DNA of 64,000 bases from Promethearchaeota archaeon (GTDB taxonomy: Archaea; Asgardarchaeota; Lokiarchaeia; Sigyniarchaeales; SOKP01): NCBI GenBank assembly GCA_019057795.1, contig JAHLWS010000087.1:43176-107175 (forward strand). Reading direction: 5' to 3'. Positions 39,627-47,786 of this stretch are shown here, in pieces. The first letter of the stretch is position 1. Every line of letters starts with the position of its first letter. The notes beneath the pieces are model-generated. The model was given only the letters and a program-made list of their open reading frames with translations. It searched no databases and was not told the origin of the DNA. Position numbers and translations under genes: made by a program.

Positions 39627-40802
39627 TTATTTTCGCATGCTAACAAAGCCGCCAGTTTTCATCAATTCGCAAGGTTTAAGATATTCTTTACCAGTCTTCT
39701 CTGCTAACTCTTCTAAAATTTTAGCCCATTTCTCAAATTGCTTTTTACCAGCAGCAAAGGGTCCAGGTGTGTTCATTCCCGCCATGTTTGCTTCGTCAAT
39801 TACTTTGAAGCCTGTTACAACTTTCTCTTCTAATAGGCGGCAACCTTCGTTTAACATAATTGCCATTGAAGTTTCAACGCTAAATAGGCCTGCTTTTTGA
39901 GATTTGTCGATTTTTGGTCTTCCTCCAGACCAATCAAAAAATCCCTGAGCTGTTTTACGCCCAAGTTTCTTGTCTTCAACCATCTTGGTAATAACTTTTC
40001 CGGGCTTAAAATTAGGAGATAATGTTTCTGTGTAATAATTACCCACATGAAACATTGTATCGAGTCCTACATAATCCGATAGTTCACAAGGTCCCATTGG
40101 CATCAAAGACCCCGCATCACCATCAATTTGCTCCCATGGAATTCCTTTCTCAGCTGCTTGATCGAATATCCAATTCATATAAATTTGGACTGGTGCATTC
40201 ATTCTGTTAACAATAAATCCAGGTCTATCCTTCAATACTTTAGGAACAAATCTCTTCCCTCTTAAACAAGGTAAAGATTGACCTACTTGAACACCTATAT
40301 CCATCACCTCATCAGAACTTTTTTCACCGGCTATAATTTCAACCAATCTCATTAAAATTGGCGGATTAAAGAAGTGCATACCAATTACTTTATCTGGTCT
40401 ATTTGTTGCCGTAGCAATTTCAGTAATGCTCATCGTAGAAGTATTTGTAGCTAAAATACAATGTGCTGGTGCGTTTTCGTCGCAAGTTTTAAAAACTTGT
40501 TTTTTTATATCCATTAATTCAACAACAGCTTCCAATACAAAATCAGCGTCTTTTACTGCACTTGCAGTATCTGTAGATTTCTTTAATTTTCCCATAAGAT
40601 CAGCGGAAGAAATTCCCTCTCCTAACTTTCCTTTGGCTTCAAGTTTTTTTAACCCTTGTTCTATTTTAGCAACTCCATTATCAACGAATTCCTCTTTAAT
40701 ATCGACTAATGTTACATTATAACCCGCCATTAGAAAGATTTGACCGGCATTGTGGCCCATTAGACCAGCACCTATAATAACAACATTTTTAACATCAACC
40801 AT
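39627..40802 (-). CDS. 3-hydroxyacyl-CoA dehydrogenase
   Basis: IIGAGLMG, EAVVE, ATNTST, GMHFFNPP, PGFIVNR, MGPCELSDYVGLD. Confidence 0.95.
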   Translation of the reverse strand: MVDVKNVVIIGAGLMGHNAGQIFLMAGYNVTLVDIKEEFVDNGVAKIEQGLKKLEAKGKLGEGISSADLMGKLKKSTDTASAVKDADFVLEAVVELMDIKKQVFKTCDENAPAHCILATNTSTMSITEIATATNRPDKVIGMHFFNPPILMRLVEIIAGEKSSDEVMDIGVQVGQSLPCLRGKRFVPKVLKDRPGFIVNRMNAPVQIYMNWIFDQAAEKGIPWEQIDGDAGSLMPMGPCELSDYVGLDTMFHVGNYYTETLSPNFKPGKVITKMVEDKKLGRKTAQGFFDWSGGRPKIDKSQKAGLFSVETSMAIMLNEGCRLLEEKVVTGFKVIDEANMAGMNTPGPFAAGKKQFEKWAKILEELAEKTGKEYLKPCELMKTGGFVSMRK

Positions 40803-40973
40803 TTTTGTTTCTCAACCTTTTTATTTTATTTTAATATTTTTTATAAACAGATTGTAATATGTAAATTAATTCGAATTTTTTTTTAACTTTTGACATTTTG
40901 TTTTTCAAAAAGTACAAATAAATGATCAATAAGATTATAATTAATCTTTAATTTAAAAAAAATTATTGATCTT

Positions 40974-41078
40974 ATGAAAAACAAGGAAGATAGATTTATG
41001 AATGAGAGTATAATTCAACGAGTAATTGATCCCGAAACAAGTAGAGATATAACTAGGAATTTGTCAATCAGAAGTTGA
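40974..41078 (+). pseudogene. 34-codon ORF, possible remnant of a DUF59/Mrp N-terminal domain
   Basis: MKNKEDRFMNESIIQRVIDPETSRDITRNLSIRS*; the 'VIDPE..DI' motif resembles DUF59. Confidence 0.3.
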
Positions 41079-41097
41079 AAGAGAAATTGTAATTCCA

Positions 41098-41658
41098 TCA
41101 TACTTTATCAGAGTTGTGATAAAAAATCATTTCTTCTACACACACATTTTTTTCAGGATCGTCGTGGAGAAAGTTAATCTCTATTTTTTTAACTTTATTT
41201 CCTAATAATTTTCGGAAGGCCGTTTCAAAATAACCTTTATTGACTCGGCAAAACGCTTTCCCGGGTTGTAGTTTTTCTCTGCGTTTACTAGGCTCTCTTA
41301 AAAAGCAGAAATTTTCTATAACTACTCTGGTTTGATCTGAATTTAATTGAACTTCTCTAATTTGTATTGAATAAAAATCTTTCAATTCGGTTAATAAGAT
41401 TTCTAAAGCTTCAAAAATTCCAAATTCCTCCTTGTTATGCTTTTCTTTTATCCGTTTAGCAATTATCTCTCCCGGTCCTGATCCTGTCTGATACAGCATT
41501 GAAAGCAAACTATTTTTACCGAAAATATCAAGGATTTTATAAACCATTGATTCACAGATTATTTCAAACCCTTTTAACGAATTAACATTAGAACTATCAT
41601 TTTGAATCTTCTTATTTATATCATTTAAAATATCTTCATTTATTTCATCTATTTCCAA
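41098..41658 (-). CDS. V4R domain protein (Bet3/TRAPP-related fold)
   Basis: LYQTGSGPGE, ENFCFLRE, FCRVNKGYFETAF, terminal C (three-Cys V4R pattern). Confidence 0.75.
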   Translation of the reverse strand: MEIDEINEDILNDINKKIQNDSSNVNSLKGFEIICESMVYKILDIFGKNSLLSMLYQTGSGPGEIIAKRIKEKHNKEEFGIFEALEILLTELKDFYSIQIREVQLNSDQTRVVIENFCFLREPSKRREKLQPGKAFCRVNKGYFETAFRKLLGNKVKKIEINFLHDDPEKNVCVEEMIFYHNSDKV

Positions 41659-41823
41659 AAAACAATCCCCTAAATCTACGATATTGATTTTATTCGGTTA
41701 TATTCTTAATTAATAATTTAAACATGAAACTATATAAATATTTAATTTCAATTATAAGATTAAGCGTGGTTTTATAAAGTTACATTTTTCGAATAAATGT
41801 CTTATTTAAAGAACAAAATATTA

Positions 41824-42372
41824 TTATGTCAAAAGATTGGGATTTTCAGCTATATTAATTAATGCATTTTCAAAATCCTTATAATCAGGTAATGATTCAA
41901 GACAAACTGAGATGTTTCTCAAATTGCTGTTTCTTTCTAAAATGAACTTCTTAATCGTTGGAATAATTATATCTGCACAAATCTTCGCGTTAAATCCGAT
42001 TACTTCTTTCGATATTGGAGGATAAGCGATTGAATATAAACCTTCTTTATCGGCTAATTTTAGCGAATTCCAGATCGCTAACATCATTTTTTTTTGATCG
42101 TGACCTGCTCTTACATGGAAAATAAATTTAGCATTTAAATTGCCGCCAGAGGTAATTACAGCATCCCCAATTGGAACATTTGATATCTTACTAATAATAC
42201 GATTACATTCTACTTGTATTTTATGACCCGCTCCTTTCAATACTCGACATCTTAAGGTACCACTAGGCAAAAGCCGACTATTTGTAGGAATGGCAATTGC
42301 ATCGTAGTCAGCATTAATTATATCGCCGATAAAAACTTCTATAACCGTGTTATTGATCGTTAATTGATTCAT
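41824..42372 (-). CDS. Macro domain protein (degenerate MacroD-like)
   Basis: GDII..DAIAIPTN..L, GDAVITSGGNLNAKFIFHV, SIAYPPIS. Confidence 0.88.
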   Translation of the reverse strand: MNQLTINNTVIEVFIGDIINADYDAIAIPTNSRLLPSGTLRCRVLKGAGHKIQVECNRIISKISNVPIGDAVITSGGNLNAKFIFHVRAGHDQKKMMLAIWNSLKLADKEGLYSIAYPPISKEVIGFNAKICADIIIPTIKKFILERNSNLRNISVCLESLPDYKDFENALINIAENPNLLT

Positions 42373-42510
42373 TAAAAGATTTATTAATATTTTTATACAA
42401 TTTTTCTAATAGTATAAGTTATTTTTAATATTATCTTTAATTTATATAGGCTTATTGCGAGAACCTTTACAAAAATGTAAGCATTTAAAAGCAGTTTAAA
42501 CAAGTTTAAC

Positions 42511-42996
42511 TTATTGATTTATGCGTTTAACTTTCTTAACGAGCGCCTCTACATTTTTTTCAACGATTTCTAATATTTCGTCGTATCGTTTTTTCTCAGT
42601 TTTATAAGGATCTGGAATGTTTAAATCCTTTTTATCTGCCCCATTAAATTCTTTCAAAGTATATAATTTCTGTTTTAATTGTTCTTGTAAAGTTCTAAAT
42701 CTTTTTTTAACTTTTGTTAAATGATATCGTTCCATACCTATTATAAGATCTTGTTTTTCTATCAATTCTCTTGTTATGACCTTAGGTTGAAAATCACTTA
42801 TTTCAATACCTTTTGATTGTATATAATCTATTGTCTCTGGTTGAGCGTAATCAAAAGCATCGTGCCATCCCGCAGAATCGAAGATAACTCCTTGTAACTC
42901 GTATTTTTTACCGTAAAAGTTCGCAAGATGTTGTGCTGCTGGCGAACGACATGTGTTTGCGTAACATATGAATAAAATTCGTTTTATTTTCGTCAT
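42511..42996 (-). CDS. Low-molecular-weight protein phosphatase (LMW-PTP family)
   Basis: P-loop CYANTCRS, DSAG, DLIIGMERYH, general-acid IPDPY. Confidence 0.92.
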   Translation of the reverse strand: MTKIKRILFICYANTCRSPAAQHLANFYGKKYELQGVIFDSAGWHDAFDYAQPETIDYIQSKGIEISDFQPKVITRELIEKQDLIIGMERYHLTKVKKRFRTLQEQLKQKLYTLKEFNGADKKDLNIPDPYKTEKKRYDEILEIVEKNVEALVKKVKRINQ

Positions 42997-43015
42997 TTTT
43001 GCTCTTACTAAGTAG

Positions 43016-43501
43016 TTAGAGTTCGGTTTTATTTATCCGAATTATTTTTTCAATCATTTTTTCGATATTTTCATCAATTATTTTAAGAACTTTCTGGTAA
43101 GTCTTAGTACTGGCGTAATACGGATCTATTATATCTAAATCATCAGTTTCTCCGTTAAATTCTTTTAAAGTAAACAATTTTTTACTGATGTCGTTAACTC
43201 CTTGATAATTTTCTCTAATATCGATAACATGTGACTTTTCCATCGTTATAATTAAGTCTTGTTTTTCTAGCAATTTTCGATTGATTATTTGGGGTTGAAA
43301 ATCAGAGTGTTTGATGCCCTTTGAATTTAAATATTCCTGAGATTCGGGTTGCATGTAAGAAAAAGCATTTATAAAACCAGCGCTCTCAAAAGTTAAATTA
43401 ACATCATATTTCTTGGCGTAATCTCGTGCTAAGTATTCAGCAGCAGGAGATCTTGCTGTATTTCCTAAACAAACTATTAAAATCTTTGAGATATTATTCA
43501 T
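43016..43501 (-). CDS. Low-molecular-weight protein phosphatase (LMW-PTP family)
   Basis: P-loop CLGNTARS, ESAG, DLIITMEKSH, IIDPYY. Confidence 0.92.
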   Translation of the reverse strand: MNNISKILIVCLGNTARSPAAEYLARDYAKKYDVNLTFESAGFINAFSYMQPESQEYLNSKGIKHSDFQPQIINRKLLEKQDLIITMEKSHVIDIRENYQGVNDISKKLFTLKEFNGETDDLDIIDPYYASTKTYQKVLKIIDENIEKMIEKIIRINKTEL

Positions 43502-43774
43502 TTTTTATTATATATGTAAATAAATTTATCCAAAAAAACTTTCCTTCATTAAAAAATATGTGAAGATTATTTTTTAATTAAACAAATCTAAATTATTGTT
43601 ATAAAACCTAGAAAAAATACAAATACATCTTTTTATTAATTAAAAAAAAATTATATTAATTGCTTATTGGTTTCATATTAAAAGCACCCATCTCTGTATG
43701 TGTCTAATCTATTAAAAAAGATTTTTAAAATATTGTAAATAAAGAATTTAAATACTATAATATCATAAATAAAG

Positions 43775-45427
43775 ATGATATTGATGAAAAAGGAATCCCT
43801 TAAAAATTGGTTTGTAAGAGTATTTGCTAGAGATATCGACTTGCCAAAGAACTCAATAGTTTATTTATTTTTCTCTCTTTTGGCAATTCTCTTAATTATT
43901 GAGGCTTTATTATTCAAATATGTCGGTTTAACGGAAAATGTTTCAGTTATAAATATTGAGATAGGTGTAATATTATTTACACTTGCTATTAGTTTCCTTA
44001 CCTCAGTTATACTTGTTGATAAAATAAAGAAAAGAACAAGATATTTTAATTTAACTTTGCTTATATGTATAATAGGAATATTTTTTAGTGCTTTTTCTGA
44101 AGTAATTTTATATTATATAGGTTTATTAATCGTATTAATAACAGTTCCTCAATTAATAGCATTATGGTTTACAACATTAGTTCATGAAACTAATATTTTA
44201 AATAGGGGAAGGATAACTGCTTTTCTTCTAGCTTCATGTTCCCTTTTAGGTTGGTTTGGTTTTATTTTTGTAACTTTTGAATTTTTGTACAACTATTTTT
44301 TTATTTTAATATCAATACTTTTAGTAATAATTTTTTGGTGTTCTAGAAAATATAAATATATAGAAACTGAAGAGAGGCTTAAATCTGATAAGAAATTTTG
44401 GAATATTATTTTTGAAAAGCAATTTTTTCGGTATTCATCTAGTTTCACAATATTAAGTTTTGTTTTAGGGGATCTTTTAGCTCGATATAGTTTCGATGTA
44501 GACTTTTTTGTTTTTTTTTTGGCATCTACAATATATCTCATCGTAGCGGGTTGTTTTTTAGATAATATAGGTAGAAAAACCTCAATAGTATTAGGGATTT
44601 TAGTTCTATCGTTTTTTCTTATATCTTATGGATCGTTTATAGAATTAGATTACATATTTGGACTGCCAAGAAAAGTTTTTCTTTCTATTCATTACGGGTT
44701 GTCGTTACTACCTCTTATACTTGCAATCCAAACTATATCTGGAGATTTTTCAACAGAAAGGGGAAATTTAAAATATAGAGGTCGTATTAATGGTCTTTTT
44801 TTGGCTTTAATGTTTATAGGAATTGCTTTTGGTTTTATTTTTAGTAGATGGATAAATGGTTTGTATGCACTTTATCCAGAATTAAATATTATCATTCCCA
44901 ATTTTCCAAATCTCTTAAATGGGTTTGTTTTAGTTATTCTTCTTGTTTGGATGATGGCAATGAAAGAATTTTTAATATCTAAAGAAAAAAATTGGCCATC
45001 AGCAATGATAAATCTTTATGTTTTTAGTGCTTATGGAGTTGGGCTTTACTATCATAATTTTGAGGAAAGCCCCAAAGAGGAAGAAAAAAAGGATAAGAGA
45101 GAGATGGATGAAGATCTTATTTCTGGAGCATTGACAGGTGTTGTAGCAATCATTTCTGAAATAACTCAAAGCAAAAAACAGTTAAGAAAAATTGACAAGG
45201 AGGGTTATCATCTTCTATTCTCTTTTGGAAAATACCACGTTGTCTGCTTAATTTCAACAATGGATTTACCAGTGTTATTAAAGAAACTTGATGAGTTTTC
45301 AAAAGATTTTGAAATAAAATTCGGGAAGGAGCTTAAAAATTTTGTAGGAAATGTTAGTCCTTTTGATTCTACAAAATATCTTATTGATAAATATTTCAAT
45401 CAGAAATATGGGTTTTTTTTTAATTAA
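43775..45427 (+). CDS. MFS-like polytopic membrane protein fused to a C-terminal longin-like domain
   Basis: About 12 TM segments with MFS-like loops (VDKIKKR, LDNIGRK, RGRITA, RGRING); C-terminal LYVFSAYGVGLYYHNF..DEDLISGALTGV..FEIKFGKELKNFVGNVSPF. Confidence 0.75.
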   Translation: MILMKKESLKNWFVRVFARDIDLPKNSIVYLFFSLLAILLIIEALLFKYVGLTENVSVINIEIGVILFTLAISFLTSVILVDKIKKRTRYFNLTLLICIIGIFFSAFSEVILYYIGLLIVLITVPQLIALWFTTLVHETNILNRGRITAFLLASCSLLGWFGFIFVTFEFLYNYFFILISILLVIIFWCSRKYKYIETEERLKSDKKFWNIIFEKQFFRYSSSFTILSFVLGDLLARYSFDVDFFVFFLASTIYLIVAGCFLDNIGRKTSIVLGILVLSFFLISYGSFIELDYIFGLPRKVFLSIHYGLSLLPLILAIQTISGDFSTERGNLKYRGRINGLFLALMFIGIAFGFIFSRWINGLYALYPELNIIIPNFPNLLNGFVLVILLVWMMAMKEFLISKEKNWPSAMINLYVFSAYGVGLYYHNFEESPKEEEKKDKREMDEDLISGALTGVVAIISEITQSKKQLRKIDKEGYHLLFSFGKYHVVCLISTMDLPVLLKKLDEFSKDFEIKFGKELKNFVGNVSPFDSTKYLIDKYFNQKYGFFFN

Positions 45428-45445
45428 TTTATAATTAAAATCTTA

Positions 45446-45949
45446 TTAATTTTCTTCAGAATTATTAATTTTGATAATCTTTTCAATTGATTTAATTATT
45501 CCATCTTCAATTCGTTTAAGAACTTTATTATATTCATTTTCCTCTAAATAGAAAGGATCTTCTATTTCAAAATTTTCAGTTTCACCAGCAAATTCTAATA
45601 GTAAAAAGACCTTTTCATCCAGATCCTTTAAATGCTTGAATCTTCTCTTTAATTTTCGAACATGGTATTTCTCTTCGAAACATAGAATAAGGTCTTGTTT
45701 GGTTATTAGTTCTTCATCGACATCCTTGGCTTGAAAATCGTCCATTTCAACACCTTTAGATTTAAGATATTTTAACGTTCCTTCTTGAGGTTGTTCATAA
45801 TAGTGGTAAAGTCCTGCCGAATCAAACGCTATATCTTTTAATTCATCTTTATATATTGTTTGTTGTATCCATTTCGCAAAATATTCAGCAAACGGGCTTC
45901 GACATGTATTACCACTACATAAAAAAAGTATATTTTTAATTTTATGCAT
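45446..45949 (-). CDS. Low-molecular-weight protein phosphatase (LMW-PTP family)
   Basis: P-loop CSGNTCRS, DSAG, IEDPFY. Confidence 0.92.
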   Translation of the reverse strand: MHKIKNILFLCSGNTCRSPFAEYFAKWIQQTIYKDELKDIAFDSAGLYHYYEQPQEGTLKYLKSKGVEMDDFQAKDVDEELITKQDLILCFEEKYHVRKLKRRFKHLKDLDEKVFLLLEFAGETENFEIEDPFYLEENEYNKVLKRIEDGIIKSIEKIIKINNSEEN

Positions 45950-46072
45950 AATCTAAACCAAAAAATGTAGACAACCAAAAAAAAATTATTATTCTGTTCA
46001 AAAAGATATTTAAAAATAATTTCATTTTGCTATTTTAAGATATTTTTGTAAAAACATGGGGTTTGAAAATAT

Positions 46073-47650
46073 ATTTCATTAAAATTAAAAACGAGTTTCT
46101 TGATAATAGGAGGAGGCATTTCTGGTCTATCTTTAGCCATTAACTTAGCAAAGATGGTTCCTGAGGAGGATATATTATTAATTACCAAAGAAAAATTATC
46201 AGAATGCAACACTTTTTATGCCCAAGGTGGAATCGCATGTGTACGGGACAAGAATGATAGTTTTGAGAAACACATTCAAGATACATTAATCGCTGGGGAT
46301 GGACTTTGTGATGAAGAAGTTGTAAGGTTAATTGTATCAAAGGCGCCTGAAAGAATTGGTCAACTAATTGAGATGGGAGTTGAATTCTCAAGGAATAATG
46401 AGGGGGAATTTGATCTTGGAAAAGAAGGGGGCCATTCTGAAAGAAGAGTTCTTCATGTAAATGATTTAACAGGGCAGAATATAGAGCTTAAGCTTATCGA
46501 AAAAGTAAAAAAAATTCCAAATCTTCAAATTAAAGAAAATTGGTGTGCAATCAATTTATTCTGTAATAATTTTAGATGTGATGGCGCTTATGTATTAGAC
46601 CAAAAGAGCGAAGAAATTTACAATATTTCTGCTAAATCTACAATTTTAGCGACTGGTGGTGCCGGTAAGATTTATCTTTATACCACAAATCCAGATGTTG
46701 CCTCTGGAGATGGAATTGCAATGGCATATCGTGCTGGAACGATAATTGCTAATATGGAATTTTATCAATTTCATCCTACTTGTCTTTATCACCCATTTGC
46801 TAAATCATTCTTGATAACGGAAGCCATGAGAGGGGAAGGCGCTGTTTTAAAAGATATTAAAGGCAATGAATTTATGGAAAAATATCATCCTTTAAAGGAA
46901 TTAGCACCACGAGATATTGTATCACGAGCAATTGATAGAGAACTTAAACGAACTGGAGATGACCATGTAGTATTAGATTTTGCATCATATAGAAGTCCTG
47001 ACTATATTAAAAGTCATTTTCCAGGCGTTTACGAGCAATGTAAATTATTTAATATCGATATTACTAAAGAACCAATACCCGTTGTCCCAGCAGCTCATTA
47101 TAGTTGTGGAGGTGTACTTGTCAAAGTAAATGGTTCTACAAAAGTAAAAAATCTCTACACGATCGGAGAATCATCCTGTACGGGATTACATGGTGCTAAT
47201 CGATTAGCAAGTAATTCTTTATTAGAAGGATTAGTGTGCGCATATGAATGTGCTAAAACACTTGCGAAAAAGACTAAAGATCTGAAAATTAACGAATTTA
47301 AAAAATGGGAACCCGGTCATGCCGTACCCTCTACAGAAGCGGTTATAATAACACAGAATTGGGACGAAATAAGAAGATTCATGTGGAATTACGTTGGAAT
47401 TGTCCGAACGGATAAGCGTCTTCAAAGAGCTAAAAAAAGAATTAATATGCTTCTGGACGAAATCAATCAATATTATTGGGATTTTAAAATAGAAAAAAAT
47501 CTTGTTGAACTTAGAAATTTGGCTACTGTCGCAAAAATAATAATAGTAAGTGCAATTTCTCGCAAAGAGAGTAGGGGAATCCATTACAATTTAGATCATC
47601 CAAATAAATCTGAAATGAGTAGAAATACTACAATAAGAAGACCTTGGTAA
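46073..47650 (+). CDS. nadB: L-aspartate oxidase (start possibly ATT at 46073)
   Basis: IIGGGISG, YAQGGIA, EGGHSERR, QFHPT, ELAPRD, GLHGANRLASNSLLE, RKESRG. Confidence 0.95.
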   Translation: MSLKLKTSFLIIGGGISGLSLAINLAKMVPEEDILLITKEKLSECNTFYAQGGIACVRDKNDSFEKHIQDTLIAGDGLCDEEVVRLIVSKAPERIGQLIEMGVEFSRNNEGEFDLGKEGGHSERRVLHVNDLTGQNIELKLIEKVKKIPNLQIKENWCAINLFCNNFRCDGAYVLDQKSEEIYNISAKSTILATGGAGKIYLYTTNPDVASGDGIAMAYRAGTIIANMEFYQFHPTCLYHPFAKSFLITEAMRGEGAVLKDIKGNEFMEKYHPLKELAPRDIVSRAIDRELKRTGDDHVVLDFASYRSPDYIKSHFPGVYEQCKLFNIDITKEPIPVVPAAHYSCGGVLVKVNGSTKVKNLYTIGESSCTGLHGANRLASNSLLEGLVCAYECAKTLAKKTKDLKINEFKKWEPGHAVPSTEAVIITQNWDEIRRFMWNYVGIVRTDKRLQRAKKRINMLLDEINQYYWDFKIEKNLVELRNLATVAKIIIVSAISRKESRGIHYNLDHPNKSEMSRNTTIRRPW

Positions 47651-47786
47651 TTTGAATCCAATTATAAGTAAGAAATGTTTTAATTGTTATTTTTTTCGAG
47701 AATAATCTAATATTGATAATCCTATTAGTTATTTAAATAAATTTTTATTTTAAGATTAAATATGTATAAGCAAGCTATATATTAAT

